NCBI GenBank assembly: GCA_963740315.1
Contig: CAVUDP010000002.1
Coordinates: forward strand, 2,112,001 to 2,176,000
Origin: an uncultured cyanobacterium
GTDB taxonomy: Bacteria; Cyanobacteriota; Cyanobacteriia; Cyanobacteriales; Nostocaceae
Direction of reading: 5' to 3'
DNA: 64,000 nt
Part shown: positions 31,247 to 41,981 of the stretch, piece by piece
Position numbering within the stretch: position 1 is the first letter of the stretch
How the letters are laid out: every line of letters begins with the position of its first letter
Translations under genes and position numbers: made by a program
The notes under the pieces: generated by a model
Told to the model about the DNA's origin: nothing
The model's input: only the letters and a program-made list of their open reading frames with translations
Database searches by the model: none

Positions 31247-32023
31247 TTACCAGGAGAAATAATCTTCTTTAATGTCTGTAACGAACATATATCCCGGCGC
31301 ATGAGTAATCGCGATTTCTGGTTTTGCTTGAATAATTGCGATTTGAGTTGTCACCCCGCAAGCCCAGAATACAGGAATTTCCCCTTCAGCAATTGTTACA
31401 GCTTCACCGAAATCGGGAGCTTCAAGATTTTTAATTCCAATTGCTTCGGGAGAGCCAAAGTGTATCGGCGTACCGTGGGCTTTAGAAAAACGACTGGTAA
31501 TTTGTACCGCACGAATTATATCTGATGCAGCTAATGGACGCATCGACACTACTAAAGGTGAAGAAAATGCTCCTGCCTCCCTACAAGTGATATTCGTTTT
31601 GTACATCGGCACATTTTTACCTTCTTCAATGTGTCTAACGGGAATACCTGCATCCATCAGCGCTGATTCAAAAGAAAACGAACAGCCAACCAAGAAACCG
31701 ACAAAATCATCGCGCCAAATATTTGATATCTCAGCTACTTCTTCTTTTAATTCTCCATTACGAAATATATTGTAGCGAGGTAAATCCGTTCTCAAATCCG
31801 CACCAGGAGCAACTATTTGCGGCTCGGCATTTCCAACTTCGGTTACATCCAGTATCGGACAGGGTTTGGGGTTGCGAGTACAAAAAACTAAAAAGTCAAA
31901 TGCCATACTTTTTGGCAAAATAACTAAATTTGCTTGTAGAAATCCACAGGCAATTCCGGGGGTTGGAAATTGAAATGTTCCTTGGCGACATTGAAACCGA
32001 ACTTCATTGGGAGATAAGTCCAT
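31247..32023 (-). CDS. DUF1445/YcsI putative hydro-lyase (D-glutamate cyclase family)
   Basis: QANLVILP, RNPKPCPIL, DLRTDLPRY, GCSFSFE, PVFWACGVT, ITHAPGYMF. Confidence 0.9.
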   Translation of the reverse strand: MDLSPNEVRFQCRQGTFQFPTPGIACGFLQANLVILPKSMAFDFLVFCTRNPKPCPILDVTEVGNAEPQIVAPGADLRTDLPRYNIFRNGELKEEVAEISNIWRDDFVGFLVGCSFSFESALMDAGIPVRHIEEGKNVPMYKTNITCREAGAFSSPLVVSMRPLAASDIIRAVQITSRFSKAHGTPIHFGSPEAIGIKNLEAPDFGEAVTIAEGEIPVFWACGVTTQIAIIQAKPEIAITHAPGYMFVTDIKEDYFSW

Positions 32024-32549
32024 AATTCATCAACTTTTTTAGTTTTAGCGATCGGGGCTGAATGGTAAATGGTAGTTAAATTTTTAAATACCAACTTTAC
32101 CCTACAGTTAATCTATTGCTGATTTCGGTATTATTTGTTTGTGTATTTTGAATCAATATAGTTTGATGTCAAATATATTTAGAATTTATGCTCTATTAGC
32201 GTCATTTCGTCATTAATTACAATAACAAAGTTTTATTTATTTTGTATTTTGCGTAACTTTTTGTCTAAATTAATTCATCAAGTTACCTACAGGTTGATGA
32301 CGATCGCAAATTGTAACGCGAATACAGCATAAATATCAGCATTGATGTTTGCTTTTATCTTTTAGGAAATTATCGGCAGTGTCGAGAAATAAACGAATTT
32401 CTTTATAGTTTGGTTCTGGTAATCCAAGGCGCTGACTTGGAATCATAACATTAATACCCCTCATTAAACCCTATCTCTAGAATTTGCATTACGGCTTTGG
32501 TGCGCGTAACTCTAACTTCACCTATGTTGCATAATATTAGCGATCGCAT

Positions 32550-32729
32550 ATGTTCTTTGAGGGGTTAATTATTCCGAGAGCGAATTACCAAGCAGCGATG
32601 GTTTTAGAGCAGCAGTTGAATATAGATCGAACTCAATTAGCCAAATACAACAAAAAAGAAATTATCTATCAAGAATTTGAAACCAATCGCCACCAGAAAC
32701 ATTTAAAATTAGGGAATCTTTTTGTTTAA
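32550..32729 (+). pseudogene. Probable internal fragment of an LptF/LptG (YjgP/YjgQ) permease
   Basis: Manual translation MFFEGLIIPRANYQAAMVLEQQLNIDRTQLAKYNKKEIIYQEF... resembles the segment after TM3 of cyanobacterial LptF/G (recalled similarity). Confidence 0.4.
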
Positions 32730-32780
32730 AGTCATGGTTTAAAAAGCTTTATATCAATCGGCTTTGTATATTTTACATTC

Positions 32781-33128
32781 TTGGTTTTACTCATGCACCA
32801 ATTAACTGAAGCAGAAAAATTCGTCCTATTAGCTATTGGCTCTGGAGTTTTGGGTGGATTAATTAAAGAAGTTATTAGGGATTTTATTAGTAAAATTAAA
32901 AATCAACCAGCAAGAAATACTGCTCATAAAGTAAAGTCTTATATTGCTGCTGGTTTCTTTTATGGCATTGGAATGGGGGTATTTCTTTTTGCTGCTTTAA
33001 TGTTTGATACAAATATACCAATACAAGAGAATAATAAAGTAGTACTTCTTTATATAATTATTGGACAACCTCTAATAAATCTTGTCACACAACGATTAGA
33101 ATCTCTCGTCAACAGCCAAGATAGTTAG
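32781..33128 (+). CDS. Small hypothetical membrane protein (3 TM); start may be the ATG at 32793
   Basis: ORF with three hydrophobic segments. Confidence 0.55.
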   Translation: MVLLMHQLTEAEKFVLLAIGSGVLGGLIKEVIRDFISKIKNQPARNTAHKVKSYIAAGFFYGIGMGVFLFAALMFDTNIPIQENNKVVLLYIIIGQPLINLVTQRLESLVNSQDS

Positions 33129-33392
33129 TATTGTAAATTTTTTCCAGCAATATTGCAGTGAATATTAGACAGTAGCTTGGGTTAGACACGATTTGCTTTC
33201 TTTTACTTGAAACGAAAATCTATTCCTTTGTGTCGTAACCGCTTTTTTTTATTTGGAGAAGAGGGGCTAAAGCCCTTACTACGAACCTTATATTTTTAGT
33301 CTTGCGTTGATGCAGCGATTTCAAAATTGTAGAGACGTAATATATTACGTCTCTTATTACGTCTGTTTACATGATTCCAACGATAACAAATA

Positions 33393-33836
33393 TCAATCTT
33401 GCGATTCACGATACCCATAGAAGTTAACGCTGTAATCTGTTATCTTAACTCCCGTTTTCTCTTCTACATAACGAAGAACTTCTTCAGGTAATTCTAGATG
33501 AACATCTAGTATTTGATTCGTATCCAAACAGTTAACGTGACTGTGAGAATCGCTGATATTTCCGTACAAACGCCCATCGCAGCGCTCGATACATTCAATA
33601 ATGCTCCCAGATGATAGCGCTTCTAAATTCTGGTAAACCGATGTATGTCCAATTTCCTTGCCATCCTTATTCAGGCGATCGTAAATTTCACGAGCCGAAA
33701 GATGTTCGTTTGCTTTCCATAACAGTTCTAAAATGAAACGACGCTGACGACTAACCCGCATACCCAAGGTTTGACATCTTTCTAGTGCGTCTTCTAAGGA
33801 ACGAATTGGTTTTGTAGATAATGTTTGTTTTTGCAT
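33393..33836 (-). CDS. furC: Fur-family regulator FurC/PerR
   Basis: MQKQTLSTKPIRSLEDALERCQTLGMRVSRQRR, HLSAREIY, GHTSVYQNL, HSHVNC; start moved to the ATG at 33836. Confidence 0.85.
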   Translation of the reverse strand: MQKQTLSTKPIRSLEDALERCQTLGMRVSRQRRFILELLWKANEHLSAREIYDRLNKDGKEIGHTSVYQNLEALSSGSIIECIERCDGRLYGNISDSHSHVNCLDTNQILDVHLELPEEVLRYVEEKTGVKITDYSVNFYGYRESQD

Positions 33837-34510
33837 ATTCGTATACTTAATTATCAATGTTTATTTTTTATTCCATAGATGCAAAAATTAAAGTAGTCCT
33901 ATACATTATCCTTAATTCGTGTTTTCCTGTTTTACTATAAGGACTTCTCTAATAGGAGAAACTTCCGATCGCTTGTGAAAGTCTATGTCACTAATTAATC
34001 TAAAGCTAATTTAAAATAAACTCATTACCACTTTAGCTTAAAATCATTGCAAACGTCTACTCGAAGATAGATTCGGTATAATTGGCGTTAAGCGAAGCTC
34101 TACCGGAGGTAATCGCTTATTTTAAAATAACTATAGTCGATCGATTCAGTATTTATAATTAATTCCCATCCCGCAATCGTACTTAATGTAAGTTTTTAGA
34201 CATATTTAATTTTATCCGCGATCGCGCCTATTTTTTGCATTCAGAAAAAAACAACGATCGTCTGTATTAGCATTCAAGACAAAAATAACTGTGGTTTCTA
34301 CTGAGATTTAAGGCTCGGTATTTTTTTTTCCGTATATCTACTTATTCTCATATAGCTTGGTGTATTTACATAATGTCAGTAAGGGAACTAAGAAAATCAT
34401 AATAGCGAGCTATATTTAGCGCTATTTTTTGAAGAAATAAGCACATCTACTTAGCGGTATTTGCTTATCAATAAGTAAATAACCGTAGCGCCAATTTACT
34501 ATTTAACAGG

Positions 34511-36769
34511 GTGATAAAAATGCAAAGTAATAGTAATACCACTCCGAACATGAATAATGCTGGTTTTAATACTTCCAGTGGAAGAATGCCTTCTTTAGAT
34601 ATGAATTCGCCATCTGCACCTCGCCAAATGCCCAGCAGCGACATGGATGCTTCTTCATCTTTCGGACATATGCAGAAAGTTTTAGTAGAACTGCGCGTAC
34701 CTAGCGATCGCGGCATATTGGATGCATCTCGGACGGCTGCACAAATCAGTGTAGGTAGTTTCAGATTTGACAGCAGCTACGAACCGATAAAAGTAAAACC
34801 TAGTAGCCAGCAAGTATCTAGCTTGCAAGCTAACAACGAAGAAACGGTTATGGTACGCGGGGTAGTAGAAGAAAGCGATATTCAGGAATTAGAATCGCAA
34901 TCCAACGTAGTAAAAGTTTATAAAGACACTCCCATTGCACCCTTCGATATTGCATTATTAGACAAAAACAAAGATTTAGTCGCACCGATGGATGGGGCAC
35001 AAGATTGTCCTATCGGTACCTGTGATTGCGAGCCAACCACAGCTAAGGGAACCGTAGCCGATGTAGCCAAGTATTTCGGTGCCGACCAAATTTGGTCTGC
35101 TGGATTTAAAGGAGAAGGTATTGTTGTTGGCGTTGTCGATGGTGGTATAACTGCCGAAGGGCGCGATTGTGGTCCTTCAGAAACTATTCGTCGCGTCAAA
35201 AATGTGATTGGTGGACCTGCATCCGACTGGGGAACTACCGCCAAGGAATGGGGCGAACACGGTAATATGTCCGCTACCGATGTATTGGGAATGGCACCCG
35301 CAGCTAAACTCTACGACTGCCGGATTTCCGGTGGCGATGCGATTTCCAACGCATTAAAAGTATTCGATTGGGCAATAAAGCAGTATCAAACCGACGGTAC
35401 GCCCCAAATTCTTACCAACAGTTGGGGAATTTATCAAGAAAGCTGGGACGAGTTTTATGCAAACAATCCGGAACATCCTTTCACCCGTAAAGTTGTAGAA
35501 GCGATCGAGCTAGGTATTTTAGTCTTGTTTGCGGCGGGTAACTGTGGAGGAAGTTGCCCTTCTCAAAGATGCGGCACGGATTTTGGTTCCGGTAAAAGCA
35601 TTTGGGGTGCAAACGGACATCCTTTAGTAATGACTGTTGGTGCGGTTAATAAAGAAGAACAGTTTATTGGTTATAGTAGCCAAGGACCGGCATCTTTAGA
35701 CCCCAACAAACCAGATTTTTGCTCGGTGAGTCATTTTAAAGGCTACTTTGCCAGCGATAACGGCACATCTGCGGCTTGTCCGATCGCTGCTGGTGTAGTG
35801 GCGTTGCTCAAACAAGCTAAATCAGATTTAAATCAACTTGAAGCCAAAGAACTCCTCAAAAATACCGCGAAAAACATTGGCGAACCCGGTTTCGATCATC
35901 ATTCCGGCGCTGGAATTATTCAAGCAAAAGCCGCCTTCGATCAACTTTTACCACAACAGCCCAAATGGCATGAATGGGAAAGTTGGGGAGGTAACAGCTT
36001 TTATGCACCTGCGGTTGTCTCTTCAGGAGAAAATCATCTTGATGCCTTTATCGTTGGTGGCGACAGCGCTGTTTATCGTAAATCTTGGCATGAAGATAAA
36101 AATCCCGGCGAGTGGGAAAAGTTAGATGGGTTTAGTTTGGGAACTCCTGCGGTACTAGCGCGTGAAGAACAAATAGATTTATTTATTATTTCACAACAAC
36201 GTACATTGCAGCGTAAATGTTGGGACGGTAAATCTTGGGGTGAATGGCAAGATTTGGGCGGTTTATGCAAGCACGGTGTAGCTGCTACTAGTTGGGGTAG
36301 TAACCGACTTGATGTATTTAGCGTCGCAGCCGACAACGCCGTTTGGCACAAATTCTGGAACGGTGAATGTTGGAGTGAATGGCTTTCTTTAGGTGGTATC
36401 AGCTTGGGTACCCCAGCAGCAGTTTCTACCAAAGAAAACTCCATCGACATTTTTATTAAAGGTTGCGATCGCGCTATATATCGCAAATCTTGGAACGGTA
36501 CTTGGAGCAGCGATTGGGAAAGCTTGGGTGGTTCATGGGCATACTCCCCCGCAGTTACCTCCAGAGATGGCGATCGTCTTGATGTATTTGCAGTCGGTAC
36601 TGATAACGCTGTATACCGCAAAGCATGCGTTCAATCCAACTGGGGCGAATGGGAAAACCTTGGTGGAGCAGCACTATCCGCTCCCGCCGCCGCATCCTGG
36701 GGACAAAACCGCATCGATATATTTGCGGTTGGTGGCGATAATGCTTTGTATCATAAGTGGTTGAGTTAG
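34511..36769 (+). CDS. S8 subtilase with C-terminal Trp-rich lectin-like beta-propeller repeats
   Basis: Triad motifs VVDGG, EHGN, GTSAACP and oxyanion FAAGN; about 6 W..LGG....PA..S....R.DVF..G.D.A repeats. Confidence 0.88.
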   Translation: MIKMQSNSNTTPNMNNAGFNTSSGRMPSLDMNSPSAPRQMPSSDMDASSSFGHMQKVLVELRVPSDRGILDASRTAAQISVGSFRFDSSYEPIKVKPSSQQVSSLQANNEETVMVRGVVEESDIQELESQSNVVKVYKDTPIAPFDIALLDKNKDLVAPMDGAQDCPIGTCDCEPTTAKGTVADVAKYFGADQIWSAGFKGEGIVVGVVDGGITAEGRDCGPSETIRRVKNVIGGPASDWGTTAKEWGEHGNMSATDVLGMAPAAKLYDCRISGGDAISNALKVFDWAIKQYQTDGTPQILTNSWGIYQESWDEFYANNPEHPFTRKVVEAIELGILVLFAAGNCGGSCPSQRCGTDFGSGKSIWGANGHPLVMTVGAVNKEEQFIGYSSQGPASLDPNKPDFCSVSHFKGYFASDNGTSAACPIAAGVVALLKQAKSDLNQLEAKELLKNTAKNIGEPGFDHHSGAGIIQAKAAFDQLLPQQPKWHEWESWGGNSFYAPAVVSSGENHLDAFIVGGDSAVYRKSWHEDKNPGEWEKLDGFSLGTPAVLAREEQIDLFIISQQRTLQRKCWDGKSWGEWQDLGGLCKHGVAATSWGSNRLDVFSVAADNAVWHKFWNGECWSEWLSLGGISLGTPAAVSTKENSIDIFIKGCDRAIYRKSWNGTWSSDWESLGGSWAYSPAVTSRDGDRLDVFAVGTDNAVYRKACVQSNWGEWENLGGAALSAPAAASWGQNRIDIFAVGGDNALYHKWLS

Positions 36770-36783
36770 ATTGAGGGCGAATG

Positions 36784-36888
36784 TCTCGTTCCCAGCCTCC
36801 GGGCTGGGAATGCATCAACAGAGGTGCCTCTTGTCAAGTACCCCTTATGCTGAGCCTTCTAGGGTTCGTAGCTAGAATCTAGGAACCA
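36784..36888. repeat. CTCGTTCCCAG...CTGGGAATGC-type palindromic repeat
   Basis: ttcccagcctccgggctgggaa hairpin with a terminal ggaacca; degenerate relative at about 57371. Confidence 0.55.
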
Positions 36889-37080
36889 CTTATGAACCAG
36901 TTATTAACCAGTTATTAAATTATCGATACTAATAGAATTACGGGGAGACGTTGCAGTGTGTACGCCGTCTCTACATTATTTATCGGTATTAATATAAAAT
37001 TATCCGCTTTTAAATCTAAAATCTAAAATCTAAAATCCTAATTGGTGATAGTGTAAATTCTCAAAGCTCAATCTAAAGCA

Positions 37081-37554
37081 ATGACTTTCACTATCACAAT
37101 TCCGAAGTTATCTATCAACAGTTTGGATTTATCGCCTGCGACAAAGGCAATTGATAAATTCTTGGCGGAGGATAATATCGCATCGAGGGAACAGCAGTTA
37201 AGTTTGGATGTTCAATACGAATTGGAATCGGGAGATCCACGGGAACTTTCAGAAATTCCAGAAGTACGGTTGTGGTATATCCGCTTGGATGCAAAATATC
37301 CGTGGCTACCATTTTTACTGGATTGGCAATCGGGTGAATTTGTCCGTTATGCTGCGATGTTAGTTCCGCATCAGTTTAGTACTAAAGAAGGTATTCAGTA
37401 CAATCCCGAAGCTTTAGAAATTTTTCTGATGCAAAAAACCTTTATTTTAAAAGATTGGCTAGAAAAACAAAACATCCCCAGTCAATCCCGAATCAAGTCA
37501 ATGGCGAAATTACTGGGTTATGACTTGGATGATGAGCTATTCCAAATGCTCTAA
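37081..37554 (+). CDS. CRR6 family NdhI maturation factor (DUF1817)
   Basis: DPRELSEIPEVRLWYIRLDAKYPWLP, YAAMLVPHQF, NPEALEIF. Confidence 0.9.
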   Translation: MTFTITIPKLSINSLDLSPATKAIDKFLAEDNIASREQQLSLDVQYELESGDPRELSEIPEVRLWYIRLDAKYPWLPFLLDWQSGEFVRYAAMLVPHQFSTKEGIQYNPEALEIFLMQKTFILKDWLEKQNIPSQSRIKSMAKLLGYDLDDELFQML

Positions 37555-37694
37555 TGCTTGAATTTTACTTCAACTTGTAACGCACCTGATTTTTTTCTTC
37601 GTTTGTGAAAATTAAGAAACCCGGTTTTTTGGAAAAATCGGGTTTCTATGTATGTCTAATTCTTATAACTCATATTTTTATTGTTAAATTAAAC

Positions 37695-38459
37695 TTACTG
37701 ACTGCGAGATATAAGACTTAATGCGGTGTTAAAAGCATACTCAACAGCTTTTGATTTTGTCGGTAAAGCTGCTTGCCAAATACGATAGTCGTTATATTCA
37801 ACAATCGTTTTAGCCATATCATCAATATTGATTTTATTTAAAATATCGTATTGGGCTGATTCAAAATCTTCTAGCTTCTTGCCCATGTGAATAATTTCTT
37901 CACCAGCTTGAATAAATTCATCTAAAATTGTTTGCGCGTACTGTTTTCCGGCACCTTCTGCAAAAACAGATGTAGATTTAAATGCTTTATATTCCTCAAA
38001 CAGAATATCCGCTATCTTGCATCCGATTAATTTATTCCAACTATTAGGAAGATATATATCTAAACAATCACTATCACTATATCTATATTGTAAGTATTCA
38101 TAAATATCTATAGCCGATTTCTCTAGTTTCTTTCCGGCAAATAGTTCTTTTAAACATTGAATGCTTGTATTGAAATCGGAGTCTGTAAATACATTTTCTC
38201 CTCCTTCAGGACATTCATACACCATATAAGTCCAAATACCTGCACTTGCTTTATCGGTACTTACAGCTTGATAAAAAGTAATGGTTCCATCATCTTCGCT
38301 CTCGTAATATGCGTTTTCCGTATCGGTAAATTGCCATAAAGGTATATTGCGAGAAGAAAGCACGATTTTTTTATAAATACCTGTGAGATGATGAGGCTGA
38401 GTCTCTACCTGGATATAACGTTTTTTAGAGATAACTAAGCTATGTAACCGAATCGCCAT
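37695..38459 (-). CDS. Hypothetical protein
   Basis: 254-aa ORF with normal composition; AAGGA Shine-Dalgarno upstream. Confidence 0.75.
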   Translation of the reverse strand: MAIRLHSLVISKKRYIQVETQPHHLTGIYKKIVLSSRNIPLWQFTDTENAYYESEDDGTITFYQAVSTDKASAGIWTYMVYECPEGGENVFTDSDFNTSIQCLKELFAGKKLEKSAIDIYEYLQYRYSDSDCLDIYLPNSWNKLIGCKIADILFEEYKAFKSTSVFAEGAGKQYAQTILDEFIQAGEEIIHMGKKLEDFESAQYDILNKINIDDMAKTIVEYNDYRIWQAALPTKSKAVEYAFNTALSLISRSQ

Positions 38460-39420
38460 TATTTTTTCCTTATATTTAGATAGTCATTTACAAAGGTGAT
38501 TTCACCTACTTAACAGTTAGATAGAAGTTCATGCAAAAGAATTTACCGCTTTTATCTTCGTTCGTACATCTTTCACAAGGAATAGTGTTTGTATCAAACA
38601 TCTTTAAAACAAATAATGTTTGTATCAATTGCTCACTAATCATCTGAGAATGTAAATTCATTTACCATTAATTGCTAATAACAAATTTTTGAAATCAACA
38701 TAAAACAGATGTTGACTCAAAAAAGTTACAAAACTTCAAACTAACTGTTAATTTGAAAAGCTTTTTGCCATAAGCTCGATCGATTTAAATACGACAACGA
38801 ATGTATTAATAGTTGAGACATAAATAGAATTTAGTTTTCTCTACTATTACCAACTTCGATCGTCTAGTTATCGCGATAGTAACAACGTACTGACGTTAGT
38901 GTTGATGGTTTGAGGTTGATACTCCTAGCTACAGCATTTTATTTACTTCTGATTTATCATTCCCCAAAATGAATTGAAACTAACATTCTGACTAAAGAAA
39001 AACCAAATTATTTTTTTAAAGCCGATAAACTTTGGTATCAACCAGCTTACAGGCAACAAGTAAAATGATTTCTTCAAATAAAATGTAATGTTAGCTATGT
39101 GACATATTGCTATTAAATGTATTTTGTTTCACAATTAGAAGTAAGATCGACTCAGGTTTTTTCTTCAAAAATAAAAAATTATCAATATGCGATCGAATAT
39201 TAGACTAAGTTTTATAGCTTAATAGATACTTCTATGTTCCTGTTGAGGGGTTTAACCCCTTAAATGGCTGTGATGCTTTATTGACAGGACTTTTTGTCGA
39301 TTTTTCAAAATTGGTATATGATACATTTTTTTCTCTAAGCTGCTCAATTGAGGGTTATAAAACTGTTTGCAAAAAGCCTAATTACTCGAAGTAATAAAAT
39401 TTTTCAAAAAAATATCAAAT

Positions 39421-39438
39421 TTGTATTTCAAAATACAA
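39421..39438. promoter_or_regulatory. Putative NtcA box (GTA-N8-TAC)
   Basis: TTGTATTTCAAAATACAA, a perfect consensus with extended palindromic flanks; no canonically spaced -10 seen. Confidence 0.45.
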
Positions 39439-39791
39439 TGAAACTCAATGCAGGTATTTATTAAAACATGATTTTATAGTTATTAAATATAAAGTATTGT
39501 ATCAATCTTGATGAGATATTAACCTTCAGACAATAAAAATTTAATTATACTTACTGTAGAATAATGCTATTTAAAATGCCAGTTTCAAAAGACTCTATTC
39601 ACAAATAAATAGTTTTATGGATTTGTATTAAAAATCTGTATTGCAAATCACATTATTTAAAATAATTGCTGTTTATGAAATAAAAGCTAAACAAAGTAAA
39701 AAAAATGACACCGGGCTTTTTTTTGATACCCGGTGCTGCAAAAGTTATATGCAATTTTATCTTGACTTTTCCTGAATCAGAAAATTTAGAT

Positions 39792-40724
39792 TTAGCCTTG
39801 CCAAATTTTTTCTAAAACAGTTGCTGGTGGAACATCCGCTATTTCGCCGGTATCCGATTTAATGGCAACAAACTTATCACTTTGAGGCAATAATTTAGTT
39901 GGTTCGTTTAAGCCGAATAAAGCAATTGTGTAAGTTTGTAAAAAGACAGCAAGTTGCATCGGCGTACTATCGGTACACAACATTAAATTAGCCCCGGCAA
40001 TTATCGCTGCAAGTTTACCAATATTATCGGGAAAAGTTTCCTTAATATCTGGTACAGCTTGTTTACGCAGTAAACCTTGATTACCCGATTGAGAGATAAC
40101 AATAACGGGCATATCTGGTTGCTTTTCTTTAAATTCATGAATGACGGATAGCCATTTGTTTGCAGGATAGGAAGTATCGGCATCAACTGAGGCAGCGTCA
40201 ATCAGAATGTAACCCGTATCTTTGACTCCCAGACGTAATTGCTCCGAAGTTGCCCAGTCAATATCAGGTTTTGGTACTTTAAGTGCTAAATCGGGAGAAG
40301 TAGAATTAATGCCTAACCCTTGAAGCAAATCGTGGTACATATAAGCGGCGTACTGTTGCGTTTTAAGGGGTGCCACACGATTGAAAAACAAAGAATTGTT
40401 TCCTTTAAAACCAACCCGCGTGGTTATACCAGTCAACCACAGCATCAAACCAGTCAACCAGTCTTGTGACGGCGTAATCGCAATATCATATTCGCGATCT
40501 CTGATCGTGCCGATTAAGTTACCCCAATCTGCCATACTATTGCGATCTTGAAAATCAAAGGCTAGCACTTCGTCAACGGACTTACTTACCCGGTAAGCAG
40601 CTTTTGAAGAAGGTTCGCACACTACATCAATACGAGATTTATACTTCCGCTTGAGATCGTCTAGAGTCGGAAAGAATAGAATTTGCTCGCCTATTCCACC
40701 AGGGACAAGGGCTACTATTCGCAT
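39792..40724 (-). CDS. Glycosyltransferase family 9 (heptosyltransferase-like)
   Basis: MRIVALVPGGIGEQILFFPTL, LMLCTDSTPMQLA, IALFG. Confidence 0.88.
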   Translation of the reverse strand: MRIVALVPGGIGEQILFFPTLDDLKRKYKSRIDVVCEPSSKAAYRVSKSVDEVLAFDFQDRNSMADWGNLIGTIRDREYDIAITPSQDWLTGLMLWLTGITTRVGFKGNNSLFFNRVAPLKTQQYAAYMYHDLLQGLGINSTSPDLALKVPKPDIDWATSEQLRLGVKDTGYILIDAASVDADTSYPANKWLSVIHEFKEKQPDMPVIVISQSGNQGLLRKQAVPDIKETFPDNIGKLAAIIAGANLMLCTDSTPMQLAVFLQTYTIALFGLNEPTKLLPQSDKFVAIKSDTGEIADVPPATVLEKIWQG

Positions 40725-40875
40725 ATTGTTTATTTACGATAACTGGCTACTTATTTTAGGGGAAGATGAGAGGACAATTCGCAATTCGCAATTAAAGAGG
40801 TGGGGATTGGGGATTGTTAAAGGTTAGGACCACCGGAGTTAGGACCACCGGAGTTAGGAGTTAGGAATTTTATTT

Positions 40876-41010
40876 CTCCCCCTTGTCCCCTTGTCCCCTT
40901 GTCTCCTTGTCTCCTTGTCTCCTTGTCCCCTTGTCTCCCCATCCCCTCATCCCCCCATCCCCCCATCCCCCCATCCCCCCATCCCCCCATCCCCCCATCC
41001 CCCCATCCCC
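40876..41010. repeat. STRR tracts (CCTTGTC..)n and (CCCCCCAT)n
   Basis: Tandem C-rich units between divergent genes. Confidence 0.85.
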
Positions 41011-41061
41011 CAGAGGTGCGATAAAGAAAATACTATTAATTTAAATTGAGGAATTATCAAA

Positions 41062-41742
41062 GTGTATTTATTAATTCCCGCAGCGGGAAGTGGCAGAAGA
41101 ATGGGGAGCGATCGCAATAAACTCCTGTTAAATTTGCTGGGACAATCAATTATCAGCTGGACTATCCAAGCAGCTACTTTCTCGAATCATATTAGCTGGA
41201 TTGGAATCATTTCTCAACCGGATGACTGGGAAGATTTTGAGCAAATTTTAGGTCGGTTGAAGTTAGATAAACCCATAGAATTAATTAAAGGTGGCTCTAC
41301 TCGTCAAGAATCGGTTTACAATGGCTTGAGGGCATTGCCAGCTTCTGCCTCGCAAGTATTGATTCACGATGGCGCAAGATGTCTTGCCACGCCAAATTTA
41401 TTTGACTCTTGTGCCGAAAGTCTTAGCTTAACTAACGGTTTGATTGCCGCAGTACCAGTTAAGGACACGATTAAAGTTGTAAACGAAAATAACATAATTC
41501 AATCGACACCCGACCGACGGCAATTATGGGCGGCACAAACCCCTCAAGGTTTTGATGTCAAATTATTAAAGCAATGTCACGCCGAAGCTATTAGTAAAGC
41601 TTGGGAAGTCACAGATGATGCTGCTTTATTTGAAAAATGCGGATTAGAAGTATTAATAGTTCCAGGAGAAGAAACTAATCTCAAAATTACCACTCCACAG
41701 GATTTAGCGATCGCTGAATTTATTTTGAAGAGCAGGGAGTAG
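41062..41742 (+). CDS. ispD: 2-C-methyl-D-erythritol 4-phosphate cytidylyltransferase
   Basis: IPAAGSGRRMG, GGSTRQESV, IHDGARC, AQTPQGF, TDDA, NLKITTPQDL. Confidence 0.96.
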   Translation: MYLLIPAAGSGRRMGSDRNKLLLNLLGQSIISWTIQAATFSNHISWIGIISQPDDWEDFEQILGRLKLDKPIELIKGGSTRQESVYNGLRALPASASQVLIHDGARCLATPNLFDSCAESLSLTNGLIAAVPVKDTIKVVNENNIIQSTPDRRQLWAAQTPQGFDVKLLKQCHAEAISKAWEVTDDAALFEKCGLEVLIVPGEETNLKITTPQDLAIAEFILKSRE

Positions 41743-41981
41743 GGAGTAGGGAGTAGGGAGTAGGGGAGAGGGGGGAGATGGGGAGATGGGGAGATGGGGG
41801 AGAGGGGGAGATGGGGGAGAGGGGGAGATGGGGATAAGGAGACAAAAAGAATTTTAACCTTTGACCTTTAACCTTTAACCTTTATAAATTGACATTTAGT
41901 GAAAAATTTGGTATCATCCGTGCCAACTTGCTTGGAGTGTGTTTACTTGAGTTGTGCATTGTCCATTGCGATTAATCGAAT

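Noticed and set aside
36831..36845. GTCAAGTACCCC resembling an IS200/605 or IscB omega-RNA end
   Set aside because: Only a 12-bp match, with no following hairpin and no IscB, TnpB or TnpA gene.
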